In this document: positions 48,610 through 63,632 of the stretch, piece after piece
Position numbering within the stretch: the first letter of the stretch is position 1
Layout: every line of letters starts with the position of its first letter
NCBI GenBank assembly: GCA_043228905.1
Contig: JBHGNT010000005.1
Coordinates: 12,276,001 to 12,340,000 of the forward strand
Reading direction: 5' to 3'
DNA from: Azolla caroliniana
Lineage: Eukaryota > Plantae > Polypodiophyta
Length of the DNA: 64,000 bases
Translations under genes and position numbers: made by a program
Notes under the pieces: generated by a model
What the model was told of the DNA's origin: nothing
What the model saw: only the letters and a program-made list of their open reading frames with translations
Database searches by the model: none

Positions 48610-51600
48610 GAGCTTTGCGACTCGCTCGGCTCGATAAGCGTAAGTATAGATGATGATGATGAGATGGTGCAAATATGCCTCGGCAGCCTCGCACCACGGT
48701 TCGGTGCGATGCGAACCGCCGTTCTAGCAAGGGAGAAATCTCCCTCCTTCGAGCTCTAATTAGTGCTATTGGTAGAAGAAAACCACGTGCGTACAAGGAG
48801 CAATGAGTCGGAAGGCCATATGCTCTACATGCACTCGAACGGAGGAAGAGGATGCGAACGAGCGAGAGGCCGATTCGGCCAAGGACAAGGCGGACGAGGT
48901 CCAACCTATGACAACAACTCCCAATTTCGGCCGCAAAACGGAAGCCAACGAGGAACCTTCACAAGAAGGGGGAGCTTCCACTCCGGCCCGAGCCGTCAAA
49001 ACGCAACCGAATGCGGATATTGTGGAAAGCTCAGCCACCACGAAGAAGAGTGTCGAAAGAAGATGCGTGAATCGGCTTCCACAAGCAGACAACTCATGAA
49101 TTACGCGCACAATTCCGACTACGAAGAGTATAACGGAATGTACGGGCACAACTCCGACTACGAAGATCGTGGCAGAATGTATGCACACAACTCCGACCGT
49201 GGCAGAATGTTCATGATGAAACATAGAGCAAACTCTATGTCAGCCTCTACCTCAACTAATGCCTCCGGTCCAGAAGATGTATGGTTCGTCGATTCTGGTG
49301 CCTCGAACCATATGACATCGCATCAAGAATGGTTCCGAGAACTTCGAGAGCCGAATCGACCCGACTATGCCGAAACTGGAGACGACACTACGCACCCGAT
49401 TTGGCACATCGGCAATGTTCCGTTCGGAAAAGAAGGTAAGCAAAATTACATTAAAAATGTCTTGCATGTACCGACCATTACCAAGAATTTGGTCTCTGTC
49501 AGCCAAATTGTAGAGCAAGGGATGCAAGTTCGATTTAATCAAGGCGGTTGCTTCATCGAAAAAGAGGGCCGACTCATCGCACACGGACGAAGAGAGGGCC
49601 GAATGTTCATTCTCGACTCACACGAGATGAAATCGGCCATGTTCGCAAAGGGCATGAAAGCCGACTCCAACATAGAGCTATGGCACAAGCGAATCAGCCA
49701 CATCAATCTCAACAAACTCAAAGCAATGAAATCGAAAGGAGTCGTCATCGGACTTCCGACATTCAAAGAGAAGGAGATTGAAGGTGTATGCGAAGCGTGC
49801 CAATTTGGCAAGCAACAATGACACCCATTCCCGAAAGAGCGGAACATGAGCAAAGGTCTACTCGACGTAGTCCATTCTGACGTATGGGGACCGACAGAGA
49901 CGGCTACATTCGGCGGATGCCGATATTACGTACTCTTCATCGACGACTTCTCTAGCCACACTTGGATCTACCCGATGTGGCAAAAGAGCAAAGTGTTCGG
50001 ACACTTCCAAAATTTCCAGAATGAAGTCGAGAAAGCCATGGGCCGACATGTACGATGCCTTCGATTGGATGGTGGCAAGGAGTACTTCTCGGACGATTTC
50101 ACGGCGTATCTCCGAAAGGAAGGAATTCGGCGAGAATTCACTTGCTGACACACTCCACAACAAAACGGAGTAGCTGAGCGCAAAAATCGGCACATCCTCG
50201 AGGTAGTGCGGGCCATGATGAACGAGAACCATATGCCCAAGTCATATTGGGCCGAAGTTGCAAATACGGCCGTCTACCTAATGAACCGGTGCACAACATC
50301 CGGCATGCACAAGGTCACTCTGCACGAAAAATACTTCGGAAAGAAGCCTGACTTATCGCACACCCGGATATTTGGTGCGATAGCGTACATGCACATCCCC
50401 GACGAGAAGCGTCAAAAGCTTGACCCGAAGTCAAAGAAATGTATCCTCGTAGGATACTCATTGGAGCAAAAGGGGTACAAGTGCTACAACCCCTCAACTC
50501 GAAAATTTCGAGTAAGTTGAGACGTCGTTTTTGACGAGTTTGCATCCTGGTACGCACTAGAGACAACTCCGACTCCGACTCCGCTCGACCCAGAATCCGT
50601 TGAACAAGAGATAGAGGATGAAGATCGCCTTACGCGCATGTTCGAAGAAAGTCCGATCACGACCCGACTGAGCGAACCACAAGAGCCTTTGAGCGATCAT
50701 AGCACATCACGGCCTAGCCCGAAGATGGACAAAGGCAAGGCGAAAATGTCGGACTACGAACACGATCGTTTCGATGCCGATGAGTCGACTCACTCACTCG
50801 ACAGTGAGTTCGGCGGCTTCGATGTACCAATCGGAGCTAAGAAAGCCCTCATCTCTACAAATGAAAAGCTCCATCCCTCCACCCGTGAAAAGAATCCGGT
50901 CAGCCAATTCAGCTACAACGATTACATGGCATATCACTATGGCTTTATGATGAAGGTGGCGACGGTACGCGAGCCGGAAACATTTTCCGAAGCAGCCAAG
51001 GATCTGCGATGGATTGAAGCCATGAATGAGGAGATGCAGGCACTACGCAAGAACGAGACGTGGGATATTGTTCCCACCTCACCACACAAAAAGGCGATCG
51101 GATGCAGATGGATTTACAAAGTGAAGTACAACGCTGACGGTTCCGTCAACCGCTACAAAGCGCGACTCATAGCGAAAGGCTACGCCCAAACGCACGGAGT
51201 TGACTACGAGGAGACCTTTGCCCCGGTGACAAAGATGACGATGGTACGAACCGTAATTGCGCTTGCCGCGGCGAAAGGGTGGCACCTCCATCAAATGGAC
51301 GTCAAGAACGCCTTTCTACAAGGCGAATTGGAAGAGGTGTACATGATACAACCGCCCGGTTTCAACTCGAGCACCCATCTGAAAGCTGTATGCCGACTCA
51401 AGAAGCCACTCTACGGCCTCAAGCAAGCACCGCGTGCTTGGCATTCGAAGATAACGCAATATCTTCATCAAATCGGCTTCCGTATGTCAAAATCGGACAA
51501 CTCCCTCTACATACAAAGCGATTCCGCAAGTCCGATCGTCATCATCTTATATGTGGATGACCTAGTCATTGGAGGTGAGAATCTCGTCGAAATCAATAAG

Positions 51601-52536
51601 GTCAAATCCCTCCTTTCCGACAAGTTCGAGATGACAAATATAAAGGAGCTCCACTACTTCCTCGGCATCGACGTAATTCAGACTCCGGCTGGAATCATGA
51701 TCTCTCAACGGCACTATATCCTCAACTTGTTATACAAGTTTGGTATGGCTTAGTGCAAATCCGCGACAACCCCGCTCGATCGCAATCTCAAACTAGATGC
51801 AAACTCTGTCACTAAAGCGTGTGAGCCAACTCAGTATCGGGAACTCATCGGGAGTCTCATCTGCCTCACGATCACTCGACCCGATCTCAGTTATCCGGTC
51901 GGTCTCCTTAGTCAATTCATGCAAACACCGCGTCATACTCACTTGGATTGCGCTAAGCGAGTTCTACGATTCGTGAGCGGCACAATGGATTGCGGCATCC
52001 TCTACTAGACCGTGATGCCAATACGACTCGAGGGATACACAGACGCCGATTGGGCCGGCTACAAAGCCGATAGAAGATCAACCTCTAGATTTGTTTTCTC
52101 CCTCGGTAGCGGAGCAATATCCTAGAGCAGCAAAAAGCAACCAATCGTCGCTCTTTCGAGCACAGAGGCGGAATACAGGGGCGCAGCAGTGGCCACATGT
52201 GAAGCCGTATGGCTCAAAAGGATACTCAAGGATCTGGGCGTACCCATCAAGCATCCGACTTCCCTTTACTGCGACAACATGAGCAGTATCTATTTGGCTC
52301 GGAACCCGGTGTTCCACGCGCGGACAAAGCACATCGAAGTGCACTATCACTTCATCCGAGAGCGCTTTCTAGCTGGCGATGTGGAGCTACAACACATTAG
52401 CACCAATCTTCAAACGGTCGACATCTTCACTAAAGCCTTAGGAGCCGACAAGCTGTGGCAATTCATGACCGATCTCGGATTGATGATCCCTGACCTGCCA
52501 AGCTTGAGGGGGAGTACTGAAGCAACTACGCAATAA
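48610..52536 (+). pseudogene. Copia A gag-pol remainder (knuckle, protease, integrase, RT, RNase H)
   Basis: WFVDSGASNHMT, LWHKRISH..CEACQFGKQ, VHSDVWGP, FIDDFS, HQMDVKNAFLQG, ILYVDDLVI, YCDNMSSI, RTKHIEVHYHFIRE; several stops. Confidence 0.93.
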
Positions 52537-53199
52537 CGTGTGGATTCCGCAACCGCACAACAAAGCCGCGAAGAAAGACGCAAACCGAAGCACAGACTTC
52601 ACAACTACGCACAACGTAAGCTGGAGCACGGATTCCGCAACTCCGCATAAATGCGAGTCGACGCGGACTCCGGAACGCGAGTCGAAGCGGATTTCGGATA
52701 CCATCTGAAACCGACCTAACTTGAGCTTGAGGGGGCGTGTTGAGAATCAAGCTCAACTTGGTCTAGTGTGAATAAACACTCCAATGGTCAAGAGTCACCA
52801 TTATGTCACCTCTTTGTATTCTAGCATTTAGTATGAGTCATAAAATCATATTCTATGACACATAACTTATGAGCTTTCAGATTCCCCATGCTCCATGAGT
52901 CTTGTAGTTAATGAAGAGAGAGGGTGACTATATAAAGCACCCTCCTCCCACCTTGTATTGAGTTGAGTCTTTCTCCTTTGTTAATATACTTTTACCTTGC
53001 GTATTCTTTGTGTCTTATTCCTTGTCTCTCTCACACACACACTCTCTCTCTCTCATACACACACACACAGTTCACACCTATTCCGCTACACAAGAATCAT
53101 ACCCGATTCTTTACAGTTACTTCAACGCTTCTATTATAATTGATACGCCTCTTTATCCTGCGTTATTTACGTTTGTCCTCTTATGGAGTACAACAGTAG

Positions 53200-53488
53200 G
53201 CTCTACCGGACGCCTATAAAAGGGTCTGGATTGATGTATAAGAGGGAGACGGAAGTAATACAAGATTAGTGTGTTGATCTTAATGCTATTGTTCCTATTG
53301 TGTACTTGTTAATCTTACCCGTGTTATAATTAATCAGAGACGTATTGAGTAATTTGGAAGGTATCTAGAAATAGTCAGATCAAAATCAGATAAGCACCAG
53401 ATAACATCCATATCCTAACCACCCCTTTGGAGAAGTGTTCCGGATCGAACACCCTGTGTTTGTGGCTAAGTCCAACCTACGAAAAACA
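53200..53488 (+). repeat. LTR fragment related to Gypsy B LTR
   Basis: Shares GCCTATAAAAGG.TCTG and ACCCCTTTGGAGAAGTGT..ACACC.TGTGTT with 22445-22630. Boundaries approximate. Confidence 0.6.
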
Positions 53489-53692
53489 TTGTGGTCGCCA
53501 AAATGTGTTATCCTCTCCATAACACAGGTTAGATATCCTATCACAAAATACCCTTCACCAAAGATCATGGTCAGAGAAATGGGAAATCACAACAAATAGT
53601 AGATGGTCGAATTGGCTTATGAAAAACACAACAATTAATCATAAAATCAGAATATTCATAGACACATAAAAACACAGACACCAACAATATAT

Positions 53693-56600
53693 TGATGAAA
53701 AATGGATCTCAGCCACAACCGAGATTCAAGCACAAAGAAGAGAAAATAGAAAATCAGAGAATGACTCACTTCCACGGAGACACAGGATATTAGCGTGGAA
53801 AAACCCAACCGGGTAAAAAGCATGGGAGCCCACAGACTCTGAACAATTCACTATGAGAGGCAATACAATGAGACTCGTAGGCAACAACCTCGAGCTCGTC
53901 TTCTAGGCCTACATGCGGTTACAACAGAGATGCTTCGTTCTTAGTCTCTCCTTTCCTCTCTCCCTCTCTCTATCTCACAGTTACACATTCAAAAACTCTC
54001 TTGAACTCTTTCTACCTTAACATAAAGTTTTGAGCTAGTTCCTTTATAATAATACAACTTAGGATTATTTACAAATCTAGCCTAAATAGGCACAACACTA
54101 AACCTATTTACATATGTGGCCTCTTCCGAACACTGATCCGGATACCAATCCGGATCCGGATCCAGTCTCTCTTTTCCTTCGGATCCAACTGATCCAGCTC
54201 ATGCTCTCCTTCCCATCTGGAGGAACCTGTTTCCTAACAAACTCCCCCTTCACTTTAGCATGGGGTGCTTCGTCAAGCCAGCCCCTCTCCGACACGCGTC
54301 CAGGTTCTCCGCTAACAGAACTTTTGTTAGCATGTCCAATCCATCCTCCAATGCAAACTCCTTTTCTTCTACCCACTCCTAGAGCCAATGATATCTCCTC
54401 TAGATGTGCTTGGTCCTCGAGTGGTAGGCAACATTGTTCGCAAGGTGGATGGCACGTTGATTATCACGGTAGAGTCAAAATTCTTCTTGTTGAATCTCCA
54501 ACTCACTGATGAACTCCTTCATCCAGATTATCTCTTTGGTAGCTTATGTTGTGTCCATATACTCTGTTTCTGTGGTTGACAACACCACAGCCTTCTACAG
54601 CCTCAACTACCACGAGATGGCTCCCCCTGCGAAAGTCATTACATACTCGGGCGTAGACCGGCTGGTATCTACATAAGCCGACATGTCTGAGTCAACAAAA
54701 CATTCTAATGTGGGTTTACCTAAGCCAAATCGAAGGCACATGCTCGAGGTGGCTCTCAGGTACCAGAGTATCCACTTGACTGTTGCCCAATGCTCTTTGC
54801 TAGGATTGATCATTAATCCGTTGATGACTCCAACTGCATATCCGATGACCGGCCTAGTACACACCATTGCATACATTAGGCTTTCGACCGCTGAGGCATA
54901 AGGTACCGACTTTGTCTTCGGACTTTGTTTCCCAGACAGCTTATAGTTTGTCGGAAGTGTCGAACTGACTGGTTTCACGTTGTCCATGCAGAATCTCTGG
55001 AGTACCTTTGTCACGTATTTTTCTTGTGACAACCACAACAACTTATTTGTCCTGTCCCGAACAATATGCATTCCCAGGATTTGATTTTCCGAACCCATGT
55101 CCTTCATTGTGATGACTTGATCAAGGCCTTCTTTAGGATTCTAATTTTCCTCAGGTTCTAACCAACAATCAACATGTCATCAACGTATAGCAAGAGGATT
55201 ACGAAATCTCCTCCATCGAACTTCTTCACAAACATGTAGTGGTCGGCCTACATCTTGTGGTATCTGTGCTCGACCATTAAGGATTCAAACTTCCGGTACC
55301 ACTATCGGGGTGCCTACTTCAGTCCGTAAAGACTCTTCTTCAACCTGCATACTAGTTTCTCCTTTCCCTTCTCAATGAATCCTTCGGGTTGCTGCATGTA
55401 TATCTCCTCTTCAAGATCACCATGTAGAAATGTTGTTTTGACATCCAACTGCTTGGCCTCAAGGTCCATGCTTGCTACTATGCTCAGCACTATCCGGATG
55501 GATGTCATCTTTACTACCAGGGCAAAAATCTCGTTGAAATCCACTCCTTTCTTCTGTTGGAAACCCTTCACCACAATGTGGTCTTTATACTTGGTGGATT
55601 TCCACCATCTCCCGGTTTCAGCTTATACACCCACTTGTTCCGGAGTGCCCTCTTTCATTTCGGCAACTCCGTCATCTCATATGTGTGGTTCTCATGCAGT
55701 GAATCCATTTTGTCCTACAGGGCACTTAGCCACTTCCTATTGTGGGTGTCCCTCTTTGCTTTCCGGCTCCCCCTCGTCGGTTAGAGGAACATATTCTTTA
55801 TCCGGAAATCTTCAGGGGGCACGTCTTTCTCTCATAGGGTATCGTCTACTTTCATTCGACACATTTAGCTCCTGTTCTACTTCTTTGGTCAGCTCTTCGT
55901 CCGAGTCAAAGTCGGATCCTTGTTCGGCCGACTATTTTCTTTCGATCGGTCCCCTTTGTTCCTCAGTCGGCTCTTGACTTTTTCGATTCTCTACTCAGTC
56001 GACTTGTTCGTATCCGAATCTCGGTTCAAATTTGGTCAACTCCACTTGTTCTACAGTCGGTGTTCGACTTCCAACTGGTCAAGAGGATGTATCCGACTTC
56101 TTTTTCTCCCAATCAATGATTGTCTTTTCTTTTATAAAGACAATGTCTCAACTCCGAATGACCTTCTTGTCGGCTAAGTCCCATAACCAATAGCTGAACT
56201 CGTCATCCCCGTACTCCAAAAATATGCATGGCTGAGTCTTCGGGTCTGGCCTCCCCCTCTGGTCCTTTGCAACATGCCAGTAGGCAAGACAATCGAACAC
56301 CCTCAAATGTTGGTACGAGACGTCTTTACCGGTCCACACCCATTCTGTAATATCTCCGTCCAAGGGTGTTGAGGGTGATCTATTTAACACATACATTGTC
56401 GTCATCATTGCCTTAGCCCAAAACGTCTTGGACAACTTGGCATGTGCTAACATACTTCGGAACCTCTCCATAATGGTTCGGTTCATCCTCTCAACTAGCT
56501 TAATGAGCTCTGGAGTCTTCGGCACGGCGTACTCGAGTTGGATTCCCTTCGATCGGCAATACTCTTCGAAAGGTCCTCAGTATTCTCCTCCATTATCCGC

Positions 56601-57414
56601 TCGAACTGCTTTCAATTTTTGACCAGTCTCCCTCTCGACTCTCGCTTGGAACTCCTTGAAGATGGATAGAACTTGATCCTTCATCTTCGAAGCGGAAACC
56701 CACAACTTCCGACTACAATCATCAATGAAGGTCACAAAATATGTTGCATACATCTGTATGTATGAGCTCCAATGACATTTTCTTCCTCGTAAGGACTTGG
56801 TTCGAAAGGAGGTTCTATTCTACTTGCCGACCAAGCAACCAGTGCACTTCTGAAGTTGCACATCCTTCACCTCTGGAATGAGGTTTTCATCGCAAGTCTC
56901 TGCATTGCCTTCTTACTCATGTTGCACAACCTCTTGTGCCACAATTCACTGACAACATATTCGGCCATGCATTAGGTGTAGTGTGTTGGTCTTACGGGCT
57001 CAGGCCACAATTAGGCTTCCTTAGCAAAACTTCAGGATGCCGTTCCAAATGCTACTCGTGTAGCCTTCATCATCCAGTCGGTCGGCTGATATCAGATTCA
57101 ACCTGACTTCCAAAATATGTCGCACATCCTTCAACACTAATATGTACCCGTTTGGAGTTACCAAGCACACATCTCCTATGCTGACAATTCGGCATTCTCC
57201 TTCATTCCCCATATTCTTCTCCAGGGATAAATGCTTCCCTTCTGGTCCAGCATTGCCCATTGTGACAACAAGTGTCTCCTGACTATCCGAAAGGGATCCA
57301 AGCAACAACAATGCTAGTATCTCTTGTTGGGGACAAGGCCATCAATGTGGAAGTGCAAGCAACATTAGTGATGAAGAAGAACTTGTGTATGCATGAGCAA
57401 GATAGACATAGAGG

Positions 57415-57458
<44 letters not shown>

Positions 57459-60400
57459 CACAAAGTAATCGTTATATTCAATAGCAACAGTTACAAATGA
57501 CAACCAACCTTTACTAAAGGTTACAAAGTCACTTTATATAGTGACTATCCTAGGGCAACTGCCCTTTATGCTATTTACAAAAATAGCCCGAACTTGGGCT
57601 GTCCAAAGGGACAGTGTGAATACGTCCATTATACACTCGTATTCGACACTCCCCTGTAATGGGCGTATACACAGGTTATCTAAAGAATTACAGGTATATA
57701 TACAAGGTTTATCGGACAGATCGGTTTTGTTAGAGTCGGCAAGATCCGAAGACAGAAGACCGAATAGGTCGGGTCGAAAGAGCTAAAGAAGATCCTCAAA
57801 GAACCGATGTTGGTAGTCCGAAACCATCCTGTGTTGTGTGTCCGACTTTAACTGAACCGATTTATCGTTATGCCCATCTGGTGCCGAAGGGACCAGAAAC
57901 GATCCGCTGAAAGACACTTGGTCATTCCATCTGCGACATTATCGGTTGTGGATATCTTCTCAAGACCGATTTTCCCTGAAATGACGTAGTCCTAAATGAA
58001 GTGATATCGAACGTCGATATGCTTAGAGGCGTTGTGGCGAACTGGATTTTTTGACAAAGCAACAGCACCCTGACTGTCGTTGTAGACAACTGGAGCCGAG
58101 TCGGAGTCGACCTGTCGAAACGTGTGTGCCAGCCGACCGAGCCATAAAGCTTCTTTTGCCGCGTCGGACACAGCTACATATTCCACTTCGGTCGTTGAGG
58201 TGGTTGTGCACTCCTAAAGTTTTGACTTCCACGAGATTGCTCCATTGCCGAATTTGAAACAGTATCCGGTTGTTGATTTCCGATTGTCCACACAGTCGGC
58301 AAAGTCCGAGTCGGTGTAACTGACTACACCTAAGGTTGAGTTCAGGCCGAAAAGAATGTCATGGTCTTTTGTGCCAGTTAGATATCTGAACACATGCTTG
58401 ACTGCGTTCCAGTGCGATCGGTCGGGGTTGTGCATGAATCTGCTGACGACTCCTACGGCGTAAGAAATATCAGGCTGTGTCATGACCATCGCGTACATGA
58501 TGGAGCCAAATGCCGGTGCATACGGTACCGACTTCATATCTTCCCCCTCCGGACCGGATGTCGGACAGTCTCGTTGAGATAGCCGAAGGTTGATGGGGAG
58601 CAGGGTCGAAGCAGACTTGGCCAATAGCATGTTGAAGCGTTCTAAGACATGTCCAATGTAGTCGGTTTGAGACAAGAAAAGTTGTCGTGTATTGCAATAC
58701 CGACTAATCTTCATACCAAGTATGTGTCTTGCCGGACCGAGGTCCTTCATGGCAAACTTCAACCGCAGTTGCCGAACGAGTTCGGTGAGCTCTCCGGCAT
58801 GATGACCGGAGAGTAGCATGTCATCCACGTAGATGATGAGGAAGACGGGAGACCCGTCTAGGGTTTTTTTGGTGAAGAGACAGTGGTCCTCATCGCTCTT
58901 TGAGAAACCGACCAATTGGATGAAGTCGTCGAACTTCTTGTACCACTGTCGGGGTGCCTGTTTCAGGCCGTAGAGACTCTTCCTGAGTCGGCAGACTAGA
59001 TGTTCCTGGACGGATGCCACAAACCCTTTCGGTTGCTCCATATAGATTTCCTTCTATAGGTCACCATGGAGGAATGTCATTTTTACATCTAACTGAATCA
59101 GCTCCAAGTTGTCGGCGGCCACGACGCCGAGCATGAAACAAAGGGTCATCATTTTCACCACTGGTGAAAAGATTTTGTCGAAGTCGACGCCATATTCTTG
59201 TCAAAATCCCTTTGCAACTAATCTGGTCTTGTACTTTGGGTTGGTCGAGTCGGACGTCTCTTTTAGTCGATAGACCCACTTACATGGAAGAGCACATCGA
59301 TTCTCCGGTAATTCTACTAAGTTCCAAGTCTTGTTTGCACGAATGGAGTGCATTTCCGACTCCATCGCCAAATGCCATGTGGCGGAATCGGCAGATGCCG
59401 ATGCTTCTTCATAAGACGTCGGTTCGCCTGCGTCAATGAAGAAAATTCCGGGAGAGTACCTCTCCGGAGGTTGCGACAATCTCTTGGATCTGCGAGGTAT
59501 GACTGAACTGGTCGCACCGGGTGTCGATGTTGGATGACCGGGAGCCGAGCCATTTGGCTGTGCCGAATCGGTGGATTCGGTGCGAGAGTTGTCGGTTACC
59601 CGTGAAACCGATCTCGTGTTGTGGACTGGGCCATCATGAAGGGTTGGCACTTCGGAAAATATTACCCTTCAGACTTCAATAGGCCTTTCGGCCATTTTAT
59701 GCATAGCTGACTCGTTGAACATGACGTCTGAACTTCAGACGATTTGTCTGTGCTCGGGGTCCCAGAGTCGATATCTAATCTCGCCGTCGGGTCCATACCC
59801 AAGAAAAACACATTTCCTTGACCTTGGTTCGAGTTTTCGGCTGTCGTCTTTCGATATGAGAGCATACGCCTCGCAACCGAAGATCCTCAGTTTGTCATAA
59901 TTCAGCTTACTGCCGGTCCATATTTCCTAAGGTATTTGAAGTCCTAGAGGTCTACTTGGCGACATATTTATTATGTGTACTGCCGTAAGTAGAGCCTCTG
60001 TCCAGAAGCCATCTGACTATGCGTTCAACAATTCTGTTCTACTCCGGACTATGCCTATAGTCCGGAGTGTTGGAGGATGGATACTATGCGTTCTTGAATC
60101 GTCTGATTCATGCGTTCAACAATTCTGTTCTACTCCGGACTATAGGGTGCCATATATTCACGTCGAATGCCGCGTTCCCAGCATAATTTGACGAATTCTT
60201 CAAACTTGAATTCTCCTCCATTGTCGGTTCGGAGACATTTCAGTTTCCGACCGGTCTGATTTTCGACCATTGCAAGCCATTTGGAGAAGATCAAGAACAC
60301 CCGATCTTTGGTTCTGATGGGGTAAGCCCACACCTTCCGAGTCGAGTCGTCAATAAAACTGATGTGGCATCGGGGAGACTGATGTGGCATCGGGCCACAA

Positions 60401-63400
60401 ACATCCGAGTGGACCAAATTGAGGGGACTTGATTCTCTTGGTGTTGATGTCGGGTGTGATGTAGCTACCTGTTTGCCGTACTGGCAATGCTCGCAAAATT
60501 GGTGATTCAAGAAGGAGAGTTTGGGGATGTAACCGGCTCTGGATAGGTGCATTATGCCGGCCTTGCTGAGGTGTCCAAGTCGTCTGTGCCATAACGATGA
60601 CACGGGGATATCAACCAAAAATAAGTCACCCTCTTTGAGTGTGACATATAAAGGATACAAGGAATGTACCTTTGGTCCTCGAGCAAGAGGTTCCCTTTGT
60701 GGAGTGTCCACCCTCCTGATGAGAATCTGGCACGGATGCCAGCTTCATCAAGTTGTCCGACTGAGATCAAGGGTCTTGAAAGCTCAGGAAGGTGTCGAAC
60801 ATTTTGTAGTACGAGTGTAGAGCCTCCCGGAAGATTGAGCTCTACGGTGCCGATTCCGATTATAGCACAGTGTTGCAAGTTTTCGACTCGAACTGAGTCG
60901 GAGTGCATGTCTGAGTATTGCCGAAACTGAGATCGGTGAGGTGTCACAAGATACAATGCACCTGAGTCCAAGAGCCATGTGCTCGATTCCTCAGCCGTAA
61001 GCAAAACTTTTGATTCGATTGGATTCTCTATGGACAGTATGTTCAAGTCGATCGTCAAAATTTCGGTTGAAGAGCCGACATAGTTGACCTCCTCATGCCG
61101 GCTACTCTTCTGATCCGCTCTCTGAGCTTTGTCGGTTTTTGCTTTGAGTGCTTGGTAGTCGGCTTTGATGTGTCTCGGTTTCTTGCAGTAGTTGCAAATT
61201 CGGTTGTCCTGGGACTTGCACCGGCTTCGCTGATTGTTCGGCGGTCAGGAAGAACTTCTTCCCCCGTTGTTTGATCGGTCGATCGAACCTTGTACTACAT
61301 AAGCTTCATCTACCGAGTCTTTGTTGAAAGACTTTCTCCGAGCTACTTCAGTCAGGATTGCGCTCGTGACTTCGGAGTATTTAACGGCAACTATTGAAGC
61401 ATTGCACATGGTTGTAACGAAAGTTTCCCATGAAGAGGGGAGACTACTCATGAGTATCATTGCTCTGAGTTCATCCTCGATTGTCATCCCCTGAGACGAG
61501 ATTTGGGAGCTTATGCTTTCGTACTCGTTGAGGTGTGCCTGAACCGAATTGGATTCTTTCATCCGCAAGTTGTAGAGGTGCCGAATCAGATACATCTTCG
61601 TTGCAGCAACCTTCTTTTCATAAGTTTCCGACAGTGTTTTCCAAAGTTCAAACGTTGTCGTGCATGATTGCACTATGAAGTACACTGACTCCGACAAGTG
61701 CATCCGAATCGTGGCGCGGACGATTCTGTCCAGCTTTAGCCACTCGTTTGCCTTGTATGCTTCTGGAGGATTTTCATTCTCAATCGGGTCTATCTTACCC
61801 TTGACTATGAGATAGTCCTGCATTTGTTCCGTCTAGAAGTTGAAGTTCGAACCGTCGAACCTCCTTAGACTCATCTCCGATGAGCCGGATGTTGATGCTA
61901 TCTGCTTCGGTTTCAGTTGGTAAGACTCGGTTCGGAGTTGACTACGAACCTTAGTGGGGTGCAGCCGATCGGATCACCCGATATCGTTCTAGTTGGTTTT
62001 GAACCCGAGTCGGTTTGGTTTCGGATACTTGTTGTTGAACTTGCTCGGAGTTACTCCGGTAACTTGAGGGATAGAACTAGTTGGTCTTCCCGAATGTTGC
62101 CGAGTCAGAGTGAGCCCGGTTAGCTTCCGATTGTATGCCGAATACCGATTACACGAAACCAATTGTTTGGGCCGATTCTGCTTTGGATGACTGCAGCGAT
62201 GAGAGGGACGGATCCAACTAATCCTTCCGAATGTCACTCAGCCGAGTGAAGCACGAAGTGGTTGTTGCCAGGAGACCAATCTGTAGCGGGTGAATAGCGT
62301 CCGGTGACCTATTCGGATGTTGTTTAACTGAATGAAGCACGATTGGGTCGGTTGTTGCTCAAGGAGCTCCCCTCAAGCGGTTACAATCACATGAACTGAG
62401 TACAACCAATTGGCTTACTCCAATTTGTGATTTAACACAGTGAGATGCGAGCTTTTTGTTTTTCTTCTCCCTTCTCTGTTCTTCAAAGAAAACGAAAACA
62501 GAATGTTTTGTTGTGCGATGATGGCCGGCAGCGGGTTGAAGAACCTCCAACACTCTGATACCAAATGTTGGGGACAAGGCTATCAATGCGGAAGTGCAAG
62601 CAACATTCGTGATGAAGAAGAACCTGTGTATGCATGAGCAAGATAGACACAGAGGGAGAGAGAGAGAGAGAGAGAGGCACAAAGTAATTGTTATATTCAA
62701 TAGCAACAGTTACAAATGACAACCAATCTTTACTAAAGGTTACAAAGTCACTTTATATAGTGACTATCCTAGGGCAACTACCCTTTATGCTATTTACAGA
62801 AATAGCCCGAACTTGGGTTGTCCAAAGGGACAGTGTGAATACGGCCATTATACACTCATATTCGACACCTCTTCGGCAAGAGGCACTTCAAGGGAGGTCT
62901 GATTAATCAATCCCTAGAAAGCATTCAGATGTTTTTCCATGCTGGAGCCATCAAAATACCGGAGTCTCGCTATTTTTCGGAACACTAAGACTCTGTTAAC
63001 AACATTTTTGTTCTCGAACATAATGACAATCTTCTCCCAAAGGACATCCGCCTTGTTCTCCTCATTGAAGTTGTTGTATAGACTCATGTCTCTAAAACAA
63101 CTTATGTATGCAGTTGCCTTCAGATGCATGACTTCCAAAGTCAATGCATTGATCTTGTCAGGCTTGGTCTTCCCATATTGCGCTGGCAGCCAGAGATCTT
63201 TGCATACCAACATGTCTCTCACCTTTGACTTCCACACTGACTAGTTGGAGCCGATTAACTTGAACATGCCGCCGAATGAGTCTTCCATTTTCTTTCTTAG
63301 CTTGAAGGTTATAAACCTTTGCTTTGATACCAGTTTGATAAAAAATGGGTCTCGGCCACAATCGAGATTCAAGCACAAAGAAGAGAAAACAGAAAATCAG

Positions 63401-63599
63401 ATAATGATTCACTTCCACGAAGACACGGGATATTGGCATGGAAAACCCCAACCAAGTAAAAACCACGGGAGCCCACAGACTCTGAACAAATTACTATGAG
63501 AGGCAATACAATGAGACTCACAGGCAACAACCTCGAGCTCGTCTTCTTTGCCTATAGGCGGTTACAACAGAGATGCTTTGCTCTCAGTCTCTCTTTTGC

Positions 63600-63632
<33 letters not shown>

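Larger units (their letters stand above)
14713..53115 (+). mobile_element. Ty1/Copia retrotransposon A hosting three direct insertions
   Basis: TSD GTTAC (14708-14712 / 53116-53120). 5' LTR split into 14713-14893 + 22011-22228; 3' LTR 52738-53115. PBS TGGTATCAGAGC 22229-22240. PPT TGAGGGGGCG before the 3' LTR. Domain order gag-PR-INT-RT-RH. Confidence 0.93.
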
